Below are positions 52,592-61,912 of a stretch of DNA of 64,000 nucleotides, piece by piece; the stretch's first letter is position 1; each line of letters opens with the position of its first letter. The notes under the pieces were generated by a model. That model was not told the DNA's origin and did not search any database. It was given only the letters and a program-made list of their open reading frames with translations. The position numbers and the translations under genes were made by a program. The DNA is from an uncultured Gammaproteobacteria bacterium (GTDB lineage: Bacteria > Patescibacteriota > Patescibacteriia > UBA10025 > JAHIVO01), in contig CAYPXF010000002.1 of assembly GCA_964415025.1 (NCBI GenBank), positions 11,825-75,824 on the forward strand. Reading direction: 5' to 3'.

Positions 52592-52838
52592 TTTTTTATA
52601 TTTATTTATTATTTAACCTATGGCCGGGTAATGTCCTTGCCAGGCTGTACAATATTTGTTCAAGCGTATATCAAGTATACCTAAAATAGGCGAATAATAA
52701 AACCGCATCATCCGTCGGGGTGGTTGGATTGTATACAGCAATAGGTGAATATGATCGGCATTATTTGGGGGAATTGCTGTACTTAGCATAACCCCATAAA
52801 CCCGCACTGTGAGCAAATTCCCGCCGGCGCGAAGCGGA

Positions 52839-52867
52839 TTGACAAACAGCATAACATATAATACACT
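52839..52867 (+). promoter_or_regulatory. sigma-70 promoter TTGACA-17-TACACT
   Basis: Read directly. An SD GGAGGA lies 6 nt upstream of the ATG at 52922. Confidence 0.5.
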
Positions 52868-52921
52868 GTCCGGATGATAACAAAATAAACACCAATACAG
52901 TAAAGTAAAACGGAGGATACT

Positions 52922-53287
52922 ATGGCTGAAAGCACAAAAGGTGTTCTGCATGTCAAAATCCCTATTCGTAACAAGAAAAATGATACAATAATTGCTAAGG
53001 GGCACTTGTTCCTGCCGGCAGACTCCGGCGGCTGGATAGAACGCCTGATGCGCGACGCAGAGGGCTTTGAAGCGACCTTCCTGAGCATCTCATCTGTGAC
53101 AGACTGTCCGGGCACCTATGATATCACGTTTTCTCCCTGTCCGAGCGAGGAAGCGTTAATAGGGATGGAAAAAGGAACGCACTTCGGTATCCAGACCGAT
53201 ATCCAGGTCATCCGCGCCTTACGTGACGCCCTGGATTTCCATATCAGGGAATACGACCGGGAAAAGTCTGACGCAGAGGCAAAATAG
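52922..53287 (+). CDS. hypothetical protein
   Basis: 121-aa ORF with a good promoter, an SD and a downstream terminator. Confidence 0.55.
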   Translation: MAESTKGVLHVKIPIRNKKNDTIIAKGHLFLPADSGGWIERLMRDAEGFEATFLSISSVTDCPGTYDITFSPCPSEEALIGMEKGTHFGIQTDIQVIRALRDALDFHIREYDREKSDAEAK

Positions 53288-53303
53288 CCAGCCACCCGAA
53301 CCA

Positions 53304-53337
53304 AGACCCATCGCTAAAAACAATGGGTCTTTTTTTA
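53304..53337 (+). terminator. rho-independent terminator (AGACCCAT...ATGGGTCT then T7)
   Basis: Read directly. Confidence 0.6.
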
Positions 53338-53341
53338 TACC

Positions 53342-53427
53342 AAATTTTCCCGCCTAGTGGGGCTTAGCTAGCCGTTAGTTGTTAGATATTGGTTACGTTA
53401 TTGGTTGTTGGTTTTCAGACCGATAAC
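53342..53427 (+). repeat. direct repeat A (about 86 bp) flanking the HTH-ATPase/STAS module
   Basis: AAATTTTCCCGCCTAGTGGGGCTTAGCTAGCCGTTAGTTGTTAGATATTGGTTACGTTATTGG... is about 80% identical to 54598-54690. Confidence 0.6.
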
Positions 53428-53450
53428 AAACAGCCAGTATCCTTAAAAGT

Positions 53451-53771
53451 CTAGCTACCAAAACGCTCCAGCGCCTGCCGCAGAACCCGGCCTGCTGTAT
53501 CATCCCGATCCCGCGCTAAGACCGGCAGCATTGCCCGTACGGACGCATTCTCGGTCGGCAACAGCTCCACCTTGCCCTGCATAAATTCTGCCAGGTGCGT
53601 CAGAAATTCATCGAACCACGATGGGGTAACGCTCACCACACCGCTGAAATCGATCTGCACCGGTTCGGCCGCATCCAATGTCGGACGAATAGCCTGAAAG
53701 GCTTCCAAACCGGCTGGACGGGACAGCAACACAGTACCAAATTTTTTCAGATAAATAGTTTGCATGGTCAT
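53451..53771 (-). CDS. STAS-like / DUF4325-like small protein (anti-sigma-antagonist-like)
   Basis: About 106 aa. Tightly coupled to the upstream GHKL ATPase gene. The ATG at 53771 was chosen over the TTG at 53777. Confidence 0.5.
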   Translation of the reverse strand: MTMQTIYLKKFGTVLLSRPAGLEAFQAIRPTLDAAEPVQIDFSGVVSVTPSWFDEFLTHLAEFMQGKVELLPTENASVRAMLPVLARDRDDTAGRVLRQALERFGS

Positions 53772-53777
53772 TTGCAA

Positions 53778-54512
53778 TTAATAGGTAATCACGGCGTACA
53801 CGCCACGTACGTTTTCCGAGACTTGCTTGATCTGCATGGCACCGTTCGCGGGAATACTGACCAGTCCAACGCCCGAACGAAAGGTGAGACCGATCGGGTT
53901 ATTCTCAACAACACTCCGTACGAGCTTTAATCCATTGCCCCGTTTTTCCGGGTCTCGGCCTGAAACAATTTCCGTAAAGGCAATATGCAGCGCTTCCTGG
54001 TCACTGGCAATAGCCGGTCGAACACGCTGTAGTGTTGCTCGGACACCACGGCCCCGATCTGCCACTACGATACTACGCTTGACCGTATCATAGCCGTAGA
54101 ATACTCCCGGCACATCAGGCCAGCTGCCGATATTGTGGGTGAAAGCGTTGTCCCCGATCTCACCGGCTACCTGGGTCAGCAATGAAACAATATCCGTCCC
54201 CGATGTGCCCAGCGTTTTCTGCAGCACTTCGGCCATTTTCACCAGCCGGCTGGTGAAGCGGTCCTGCCGATCGCAGTAATACTCATCGGGTAAGGTCGGC
54301 GCCTGGCTGCTTGCCGCCCAGGCCCAGGCCAACTTTGGTAAATCTACCGCCAACCGCCGTACTTCGGATAAACGATAATACCGCTGACCGCCTGGGCTGC
54401 GCTGGGCAGTAATCCGGCCTGATTTTTCCCAATTCCTCAGCGTTTGGGGGGAAATACCAAGTATTTTTGCTGCTTCGCTAACGCGGAGCATATCTTTATT
54501 AGAGTCCTTCAT
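53778..54512 (-). CDS. MerR-type HTH fused to a GHKL (RsbW-like HATPase_c) ATPase domain
   Basis: LRVSEAAKILGISPQTLRNWEKSG HTH. N-box EIGDNAFTHN, G1 DRGRGV, G2 GNGLKLV. The true start may be the internal MLRVSE at 54491. Confidence 0.65.
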   Translation of the reverse strand: MKDSNKDMLRVSEAAKILGISPQTLRNWEKSGRITAQRSPGGQRYYRLSEVRRLAVDLPKLAWAWAASSQAPTLPDEYYCDRQDRFTSRLVKMAEVLQKTLGTSGTDIVSLLTQVAGEIGDNAFTHNIGSWPDVPGVFYGYDTVKRSIVVADRGRGVRATLQRVRPAIASDQEALHIAFTEIVSGRDPEKRGNGLKLVRSVVENNPIGLTFRSGVGLVSIPANGAMQIKQVSENVRGVYAVITY

Positions 54513-54597
54513 ATTGTAAGTTTAAGGCATAAACCTACAAATGTCAAGTATTATTGTAATTTTGTGCCATAAATCTACAAAATATACTAATAAATAT

Positions 54598-54690
54598 AAA
54601 ATTTTCCGCCTAGTTGAGTTTAGCTAGTCATTAGTTTTTAGTTGTTAGACATTGGTTATATTATTGATTTTTGGTCTTTGGCCTGATAAC
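54598..54690 (+). repeat. direct repeat B (about 93 bp), paired with repeat A
   Basis: AAATTTTCCGCCTAGTTGAGTTTAGCTAGTCATTAGTTTTTAGTTGTTAGACATTGGTTATATTATTG... Confidence 0.6.
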
Positions 54691-55167
54691 TAAAGAAAAA
54701 AATCCTACGTTTAAAGTTTAACGCCTGCCTGCCTGGAATTTAGCCCTTTTTGCGCTTGCCAAAACCTTGTTTTTGACTGTTAATGCTGCCCAACTTACTA
54801 TGGCCGCTATGATACCAAGAAGTCTTTCTCCGTCCTTTTTTCTCTTTTTTTTCTTGCATACATCTTATGAATTTATTTATTATTTAAATGCGTGGAAGTA
54901 TGGGTTATTTGAAAGAGGATTTGGGGGGGGTAAATTTTAGTCCCCAAACGAAAAATGCTTCAATATTTTTCTCGGCCGGTGCGCTGTTTCGGTTCGCGGT
55001 CGTCAAATCGGCCGCCACGTTTGCCCGCGGCCCGCCCGACTCTGTCTCGGTTATCCATAGTGTTTGTATTTATGTAACAAGTACCTGCAATGTAGACTAA
55101 AATAGGAATAATAGCAATGCCCCGTGATTGCACAGTTCGCCCTACCACATCACCCTTGGGAATATTG

Positions 55168-55608
55168 TCAGCAAACATGGAGGATCTGTACCGCCTGCTC
55201 ACGGCCTGCTATCTGGACAGTAACTACCGCTCCTGCTTGTTTGCCCAGCAGAGCACGGCCCAGTGGTGATAGATGTGAGATAATCCCTTGCCCAGGATCT
55301 GCCTCTGTCGGCCCGAGGATGCGGTAAGTCTGCCGCATACCACCATGGGCAATAGTCACCTGACTGCCCAGCCTGACTCTATCCGCAGTACCGTCCGGTG
55401 CAATAATCTCCGCGTGCTGCAGATGGTCCTCCAGCTCCAATATCCGCCGGTTCATCCCCCGCAGTTTACCCTTGGCAATCTGGTACTCCGCATTTTCCGA
55501 AAAATCACCCAGCTCGGCCAGGCGTTTCACCTCACTGGCTGCTGCCGGCCGCTGTTGTTTCAGCCGGGCCAGTTCTGCGGTTAGTTCGTCATATTTTTCC
55601 TGCGTCAT
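55168..55608 (-). CDS. greA: transcription elongation factor GreA
   Basis: MTQEKYDELTAELARLK coiled-coil followed by an FKBP-like C-terminal domain. Confidence 0.85.
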   Translation of the reverse strand: MTQEKYDELTAELARLKQQRPAAASEVKRLAELGDFSENAEYQIAKGKLRGMNRRILELEDHLQHAEIIAPDGTADRVRLGSQVTIAHGGMRQTYRILGPTEADPGQGIISHLSPLGRALLGKQAGAVVTVQIAGREQAVQILHVC

Positions 55609-55680
55609 GTGCGGATCACGCGGCAGATTTGAATAACGTCCGGTTTTTCTGATAGGAACGCGCATTGGTATACAGTCGTA

Positions 55681-56265
55681 TTAATTAAGTGCCAGGCTAT
55701 AATGACGCAGTGACATCCGTAATGCCTGGTAGTCAGGGAAAGTGCGGCTGACCAGCTCCCAGAATTTCCGAGAATGGTTCATCTCCTGCAAATGACATAG
55801 CTCATGCACGATGATATAATCAGCCAACCGCCTGGGTAGTAGTACTATTTTATAATTAAAATTCAAATTCCGTTTCCGCGAACAGCTGCCCCAGCAGGTT
55901 CTCTGGTTCCTGATGCTGATGCGGTTGTATGCAGTGGCATAGGTTCCCCTATAATAATCAATCCGCTCAGTGACCAACTGACGGGCGGCTTCTTTATTTC
56001 GTACATAATCACCCCGGCTAAACCGCCGTATTGGCTGGTGCTGCCGAGCAGAGGCAATTTTACCCATCAACCATCGCTGTTTTTGTCGGATAAACTCCTC
56101 GGCCAGCCGTAGTGGATAGTACAGCGGCGCAGTCACCACCACACTGCCGTCACCACGCACGGCCAACCGCAGGCGCCGGGCTCGCTGGCTCCGTCGCAAG
56201 GTATAGGTGACGGTTGTCTCCGATAGGGTGATTTGTTTTTGTACACTATTAGTATAGTGAACCAT
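55681..56265 (-). CDS. YgjP-like (DUF45/SprT-like) zinc metallohydrolase
   Basis: HELCHLQEMNHSRKFW (HExxH plus NHS). Confidence 0.75.
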   Translation of the reverse strand: MVHYTNSVQKQITLSETTVTYTLRRSQRARRLRLAVRGDGSVVVTAPLYYPLRLAEEFIRQKQRWLMGKIASARQHQPIRRFSRGDYVRNKEAARQLVTERIDYYRGTYATAYNRISIRNQRTCWGSCSRKRNLNFNYKIVLLPRRLADYIIVHELCHLQEMNHSRKFWELVSRTFPDYQALRMSLRHYSLALN

Positions 56266-56298
56266 CGATAATATAGTTTTCGCGGATAATCCTCATAC

Positions 56299-56652
56299 TC
56301 AAAATATCTTTCTAACAACAGATAAAAGATACGGAACGACGATAAAAACAACAAACGGAAATAGAAATAATAAAACAGGATATAGTAATGTGATCTGCCG
56401 GTGTCTCAGATATTTTATTATAGTAAATACACTGTAGCCGGTCGCTAGTATACCATATAGCATAAAAAGACTATCCACCCATACATCATGATATGCTAAA
56501 CGCCAGTGTGTGCCCCTGATAATCATTTCAACATATTCCGTGATTACCATAAAAGAAACCACAGAAAATACCAGATTAATAAACGATAAAACAACGGCGA
56601 CAACTTGGTTCCAGTTGATATGCTGACTGATTTTTTTGATGCCTTGCTGCAT
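56299..56652 (-). CDS. hypothetical 3-4 TM membrane protein
   Basis: 117-aa hydrophobic ORF. Confidence 0.45.
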   Translation of the reverse strand: MQQGIKKISQHINWNQVVAVVLSFINLVFSVVSFMVITEYVEMIIRGTHWRLAYHDVWVDSLFMLYGILATGYSVFTIIKYLRHRQITLLYPVLLFLFPFVVFIVVPYLLSVVRKIF

Positions 56653-56750
56653 AGTACCAGTATACCAGACTATAAACTCAGATACGAATAAAAAATCGCC
56701 CCCTGAATCATTTCAATGGGGGCGATTATATCTGGTCTCGGTACGTTAGG

Positions 56751-57131
56751 TCACCTGAACTCTACGTACCCATCGACATGGATACCGTCTCTCCAGATAT
56801 CTATCCAGATCTCTGTGCCTCGAGGATATTCCTCGTGGTACGAGTAACTGCAGTTAAAATCTCTGAGAGTAAATTTGATTCCGGAACGCTCATCCGCCCG
56901 GTCATCATATCGGGTGACACGAACTTTTGAGTTCACCGACGTGAGATTTGTTACCGTCATCAGATTGGAGCCGGTATCGTACTCGAACCGAATATGTTCC
57001 AGATCGAACGAATAGATTCCGCTACTGGAACTAATCTCATCCGGATCCGGTCCTAATAACTGCTCGCAGCCGCTGAACATGAGGGCGGCCAGGCAAAGAA
57101 CAAACAGCATCAACACGTTTCTCGTTTTCAT
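56751..57131 (-). CDS. putative lipoprotein
   Basis: MKTRNVLMLFVLCLAALMFSGC lipobox. SD TAGGAG lies upstream. Confidence 0.5.
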   Translation of the reverse strand: MKTRNVLMLFVLCLAALMFSGCEQLLGPDPDEISSSSGIYSFDLEHIRFEYDTGSNLMTVTNLTSVNSKVRVTRYDDRADERSGIKFTLRDFNCSYSYHEEYPRGTEIWIDIWRDGIHVDGYVEFR

Positions 57132-57346
57132 GATAACTCCTATCTTCGATTGGTTGATTTCCAGAATAAAACGAATGTATTCTAACAGCACATCATAGCA
57201 AAACAGCGCAATTTTGTCAATCCCTTAGCCAAATAAACCCTCCCCACATGTGTTCAGGGCATTTACATTATGAATTTATTAGTAGTTTAAGTTTCTGGTT
57301 TTGGCTATTCCAAATAATATTGCCGCTGATCAATCCGCGTAAAAAA

Positions 57347-57598
57347 TCAGCGCTTGGCTGTCTTGATCAGCGCCAGCTTCTCTCGCCGGGTCATCTGTTT
57401 CACCCGTGCTTCGGCCCTGAGTGCATACGCACGATTCCGGTACCGCCGGGTGTAGACTAATTTCACCGGCCGCTTGGAGCGGGTATATTTTGCACCGGCC
57501 TCTGATGAATTGTGCTCGCGTACTCGCTGCCGTACATCCCTCGCAATGCCGGTATAGAGTGCCCGATCAGCACAGCGGACAATGTAGAGATAGTACAT
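57347..57598 (-). CDS. GIY-YIG nuclease-domain protein (YhbQ-like)
   Basis: YYLYIVRCADRALYTGIARDVRQRVREHN matches GIY...YIG...R...H/N. Confidence 0.8.
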   Translation of the reverse strand: MYYLYIVRCADRALYTGIARDVRQRVREHNSSEAGAKYTRSKRPVKLVYTRRYRNRAYALRAEARVKQMTRREKLALIKTAKR

Positions 57599-57897
57599 AC
57601 ACCTTATTTTTTGCTTTATTAGTATTTGGCACCCGCCCCCCCCCAGCCAAACAGTTTACGCCGGAATCAATAGCGCTCGGGGTTGTTTTTTAAATAGGTA
57701 ATATAGTCGCGGATCATGTTGGTAGTATAGCAAGTTTTTTGCAGTAGCGTAATCACTCTGTTACGCGCGCCAGAAAACCAATGAGAAAAAATGCTTTTAG
57801 GCTAACTTGACTTTATTCTGTTTTGCCCGCATGATTATGATAGAAATTAAATAAAAAGTAGAATAAAAAACGTTACTTAAGAAAGTGAGGTAATGCC

Positions 57898-59364
57898 ATG
57901 TTTATCGTTGGCATCGAACCACGTGCTCCTGGATTACATATATTCAGTGGTGCGCGGCTACCACGTCTAGGATTACCGCTGCTCTTCACCATGGCGCAGG
58001 CTATGGGACACCAGGGAGAAATCTATTGTGAAGATATCGCTCCCATCGACTGGGAAAGGGTACGGCAGGCAGACATCATCTGTATTTCCTCCATCACCTC
58101 TACCATCCCTCGGACATATGAATTCATCCGCAAGATAAGGCAGGAACTCAAACTAACAACCCCCATCCTCATCGGCGGACCGCATGTGACATTCCTCCCT
58201 GACGAAGCGCTCGACCATGGTGCGGATTACGCCTTCCGCCACGAAGCTGACCATAGCTTCCCCACGTGGCTGCAATGGTGGACAAGCGGCCGTGATCCGC
58301 GCGGACTCTTTGACATTCCTGACCTGTCATTTAGGGTGGGAAATCAAAACCACCACAACACCGCCGATCACACACGGCAATGGGTCGACCTCGATACCCT
58401 ACCCACGCCTGACCTCAGGCTCATCGTCGGCTACGACAAGCCGAGTACCCTCCCGCTGATTACCTCACGCGGCTGTCCCTTCAACTGCGACTTTTGTTCT
58501 GAATACGCGATGTTTGGGCGTCGGTACCGATTTCGCTCGGAATCACGGATAATCAATGATCTCGAGTTCTATGACCGCATCTACGGCACCACACCCGTGT
58601 TTATCGCGGATGATAATGCCGCCGCCAACCCGGCTCGGCTGGAAGAACTCTGTACCAGCATAGTGAACAATGGTCTCGTCCGCCAGTTTTCCTGTCAAGT
58701 ACGGCTTGATTTAGGCAAACGCCCAAGAACGATTGCCCAGATGATCCAAGCCGGCGTGAATCGTGCCTTTATCGGATATGAATCAGTCAACCAGCTGAGT
58801 CTCGATGCCGCGGGGAAAAAACTGAAATCAGAGGAAATGCGCAGTCTGACCAAAGTTTTCCACCGGTACGGAATAGCCATCCACGCCATGTGGATACTGG
58901 GATTTGACGACGACACTATCGATACTGTCAAACAGACAATACGCTCCTGTATCCGCTGGGGTATAGAAACGAGTCAATTCCTGATATTGGTGCCAATCCC
59001 GGGCGCACCGCTGTACCAGCGTTTTGTCAAACAACGGCGGATCATCGTGCGTGACTGGGCAAAGTACGACGGCCATCACGTCACCTTCAAACCAATGGGC
59101 ATGACCGCCCGCCAGCTCCAGATAGCAGTGATGCTAGATGCTATGCCGCGAGTCTACAACCACTGGCAGACTTACAAACTGCTGTGGCGAAATAATCTAC
59201 AGCTCGCGTGGGGAGTGCTCACCAGAAAAGTAAAGCATCCGCTCATTAATTTGAAAGGAAATATCGAAACGTTCTTTGCGCGGTTAGGAGGACGCCGGGC
59301 AATCGTCAAGATTCGACCACAGGTTACTCGATACCTCAAACGGATTGAGCAACCAACCGAATAG
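57898..59364 (+). CDS. B12-binding-domain radical SAM protein (class B)
   Basis: N-terminal cobalamin-binding Rossmann-like domain, then TSRGCPFNCDFCSEY (CxxxCxxC). Confidence 0.85.
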   Translation: MFIVGIEPRAPGLHIFSGARLPRLGLPLLFTMAQAMGHQGEIYCEDIAPIDWERVRQADIICISSITSTIPRTYEFIRKIRQELKLTTPILIGGPHVTFLPDEALDHGADYAFRHEADHSFPTWLQWWTSGRDPRGLFDIPDLSFRVGNQNHHNTADHTRQWVDLDTLPTPDLRLIVGYDKPSTLPLITSRGCPFNCDFCSEYAMFGRRYRFRSESRIINDLEFYDRIYGTTPVFIADDNAAANPARLEELCTSIVNNGLVRQFSCQVRLDLGKRPRTIAQMIQAGVNRAFIGYESVNQLSLDAAGKKLKSEEMRSLTKVFHRYGIAIHAMWILGFDDDTIDTVKQTIRSCIRWGIETSQFLILVPIPGAPLYQRFVKQRRIIVRDWAKYDGHHVTFKPMGMTARQLQIAVMLDAMPRVYNHWQTYKLLWRNNLQLAWGVLTRKVKHPLINLKGNIETFFARLGGRRAIVKIRPQVTRYLKRIEQPTE

Positions 59365-59444
59365 CAATGTACATATTCCCTAAAGAGTCTAGTCGGCAGA
59401 CTGGACTCTTTTTTTATGACAAATTTCCCCGCCCGCCACGCAAA

Positions 59445-59550
59445 ATATAATACTCCCGGCCTTCCTTGATCCGGTGCATGAGCAGTGCGTTGTTGTTTTC
59501 GATAATCACGGCGGATGAGCGCCAGGGGTATTTGTGTTTTGTTATAACGT
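59445..59550 (-). repeat. remnant 5' fragment of a NUDIX gene with its upstream TATACT module (about 85% identical to 63040-63155)
   Basis: Translates to ITKHKYPWRSSAVIIENNNALLMHRIKEGREYY and then diverges. The start ATG is mutated to ATA. Confidence 0.5.
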
Positions 59551-59632
59551 CAGTATAGCAAAAACTGTTATGTTTTGCCCTCTTGAGACCTCTATATCTT
59601 CTAAGTTATATACCAAAACTTCTGCCAAACTA

Positions 59633-59932
59633 CTAAGAACGGGCTGTCAGCGTAACCTTTTGGCCCAATGCAGACGAGATGCGGCTGAGCTTTGCCACCG
59701 TAACATTATGATGACCGCTTTCGAGGCGCGCAATCTCGCTCTGCGGCATGCCCGTCTTTTTTGCCAGCTGTGCCTGGGTGATCTTTTTCTTCTTTCGTGC
59801 TTCAGCAATTGCAATAGCGATATCTAGTAATTCACGCTCCTCTTGGAGTAACTTCTGGTACTCTTTGTCCTTTTGGTATTTGTAGAGAATATTATCTTTA
59901 TGCATATGTTTAAAAAGGTTTACGTTTCTCAT
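59633..59932 (-). CDS. HTH-XRE antitoxin (HigA-like)
   Basis: KKKITQAQLAKKTGMPQSEIARLESG HTH. Overlaps the upstream toxin gene by 23 nt. Confidence 0.7.
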   Translation of the reverse strand: MRNVNLFKHMHKDNILYKYQKDKEYQKLLQEERELLDIAIAIAEARKKKKITQAQLAKKTGMPQSEIARLESGHHNVTVAKLSRISSALGQKVTLTARS

Positions 59933-60263
59933 TTATCTCATACTCCATATATAAATTCTGAATTTTCTCGAAAACTTTTGATTCAATATTATCTCGTTTT
60001 TTAGTATATCCGTCCAATAGTATGATATCTGGACCTCGGCGAATAAAGTAAAAAACTCTACTTCCAAACCTGGTTCGCAGCTCCCAAATTTTCCCCTCTA
60101 CATGTGCTGCAAACGGTCTTGGCAATCTCCCGCCAGAATGTGACAGTCTTTCAATTACCGCCTGTACCGCGGCAATCTGTCTGCGCTCTGATAAAGAATG
60201 TATGTACTCCTCAGCTGGTGCGCGTCCGTTTCGGCGGACAAAATAATAGACTTTTATTTGCAT
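59910..60263 (-). CDS. HigB/Gp49-like (RelE/ParE superfamily) toxin
   Basis: GKIWELRTRFGSRVFYFIRRGPDIILLDGYTKK matches the Gp49/HigB family. Confidence 0.7.
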   Translation of the reverse strand: MQIKVYYFVRRNGRAPAEEYIHSLSERRQIAAVQAVIERLSHSGGRLPRPFAAHVEGKIWELRTRFGSRVFYFIRRGPDIILLDGYTKKRDNIESKVFEKIQNLYMEYEINEKRKPF

Positions 60264-60462
60264 GCTAAGTATGAGCTACTATTAAAATATATCATATATG
60301 GTATATTGTCAAATCTAACTTATCCACATATTTTGACACCAAGATGTAGTGGATATTAAGAAAATTTAATACACCAAATTAGGATTTTTCACTTTTCAGA
60401 TATATGACAAAAATGTATCAAATCTGAAAAGCGCTACCAATGGCAATCCCTAGATACTTTTC

Positions 60463-60564
60463 TTAATCTGACTTAGCAGGGTATTGATTTTGGCTTCTTT
60501 GCTTTGGATATCCCCCACCAACTCCGCCGGCTATTTCTGGTGGGATAAATTTTGCTTTTTTCAT
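60463..60564 (-). CDS. 33-aa glycine-rich small ORF with a leaderless TATACT-6-ATG start (speculative)
   Basis: MKKAKFIPPEIAGGVGGGYPKQRSQNQYPAKSD. The promoter module matches that of other accessory genes here. Confidence 0.2.
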   Translation of the reverse strand: MKKAKFIPPEIAGGVGGGYPKQRSQNQYPAKSD

Positions 60565-60641
60565 GCTGTGAGTATAGCAAAAATGAGACTTGAGGGGGGT
60601 CCGCATTTCGCAGACCCCGAGTCCGCCGGGAGCAATATCAC

Positions 60642-60935
60642 TCACAACTTATTTGGCACACACCCACTGTTTACCCATTCACAATCCGGCGAACCGTCCG
60701 GATTCGCCCGCAGCTGCGTATCAACCACATCGATGACTTGGCAATCCTCAGCTGTGGTCGCAGTACAATAGGCGCCCATACAATAATTCATTTCAAACGT
60801 TAATTCTGGTGTGCTGGTATCGATATCCGCACATGATATAGTATCATCTACCAGCAACGGTTGGGACGCGACCCAGATACCAAATGCAAGGATAGTGTAA
60901 TTATCACCAGTACTATAATATTCCCCCGTCGCCAA
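60642..60935 (-). CDS. hypothetical Cys-rich protein (6 Cys); TTG start only
   Basis: 97-aa ORF with no ATG start and no SD. Weak support. Confidence 0.2.
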   Translation of the reverse strand: MATGEYYSTGDNYTILAFGIWVASQPLLVDDTISCADIDTSTPELTFEMNYCMGAYCTATTAEDCQVIDVVDTQLRANPDGSPDCEWVNSGCVPNKL

Positions 60936-61201
60936 AAACTACGGTTTGCTTGCTTTTCTGATAAGTTGTTCTCTGTATTCCCCATATATATTAGTATATC
61001 AAAGTTCCACGTTTGGAGCATTATAATTTTGAATTTTGGGATTGTTTTGCCCCCTGCCACGTGAGGCATGAGCGGGCAGGGATAGCGGGCAGGTGCTTCG
61101 ATATTCGAATTTCGGATTTAATCATTCTCACATCCCACATCTCACATCCGGACTAACCTCTCATTTCCCACATCTCACATCACACCAGTGATCCAAAATT
61201 A

Positions 61202-61900
61202 TTACTTCTGCTCACTCTCTAGTAGTAATCGTAAATTGAAAATCGTATCTTCGCGTAACTTTGTTTTTACCCAATCCTTCTGGCTCTCATCCAATAGCTC
61301 GCCCATTCCGGACAGAATGCCGCGATCAGGTAATGTTTCCAACAATTCTATGCATGCATGAATGAAATCTGCAAACGATAGTCCTGTCCGATCCTCAATA
61401 ATCTTTTTATTTATCTGCCAATGTTTTTTTAGAAAAAAATTAACGTCAAAAATATCACGACTCGCTTTCGCGGCCCGCTCGTACATCGCTACCAGCTTAT
61501 GAGCAAACATATCTTCAGGCACCATTACGTTCATTGCTATCCCCATATACTGTTTCACTTCATAGCGTGAATGAAAATCTCGCAGATTAATCTCAATCTT
61601 TATGTTTCGCGATCCTTCGTCATACGAAATAAGCAAAAATAAACTGTACCGCTTTTTTCTGCTATCTTTGACCGCGCCGTACTGTTCGGCAATCCGCGTC
61701 ACTTTTTCTAACACGGTATTCGCCTCGTCCTGATTCAGAAGATCGAAGTCTAAATCTACCGATGCCCTGGCAAGGTCATAGAATAAATATGCTGCCGTAC
61801 CTCCTTTAAATCCAAGAAAAGGTCCGATAGTTGTATCGGTGTATATCTCCCGTAGGATGCGTAATAGTATTCTCTTGTGCTCCAGCTGGTCCAAAACCAT
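61202..61900 (-). CDS. abiEii: AbiEii/AbiGii-family nucleotidyltransferase toxin (DUF1814)
   Basis: GFKGGTAAYLFY...RASVDLDFD core of the AbiEii nucleotidyltransferase fold. Confidence 0.75.
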   Translation of the reverse strand: MVLDQLEHKRILLRILREIYTDTTIGPFLGFKGGTAAYLFYDLARASVDLDFDLLNQDEANTVLEKVTRIAEQYGAVKDSRKKRYSLFLLISYDEGSRNIKIEINLRDFHSRYEVKQYMGIAMNVMVPEDMFAHKLVAMYERAAKASRDIFDVNFFLKKHWQINKKIIEDRTGLSFADFIHACIELLETLPDRGILSGMGELLDESQKDWVKTKLREDTIFNLRLLLESEQK

Positions 61901-61912
61901 AATTATCTGCCT

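Noticed and set aside
52613-53115. Two overlapping minus-strand ORFs of 110-130 aa between the nuclease gene and the 52922 gene
   Set aside because: They lie across a divergent promoter region (TTGACA-17-TACACT and the AT-rich leaderless module), have no start signals and show non-protein-like composition.
53342-54690. Interpreting the ~90-bp direct repeats as integron attC sites
   Set aside because: The repeats are direct, not the imperfect inverted R''-L''/L'-R' architecture of attC. No intI is nearby, and the GTTRRRY core is not evident. They are kept as generic flanking direct repeats.
54888-55202. ORFs of 70-80 aa between the HTH-ATPase gene and greA
   Set aside because: They sit in a GC-rich, repeat-containing spacer (G8 tract at 54922-54929) with no coding features. 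A 48-aa K-rich/TM ORF on the minus strand (about 54735-54881) is slightly more plausible but unsupported.
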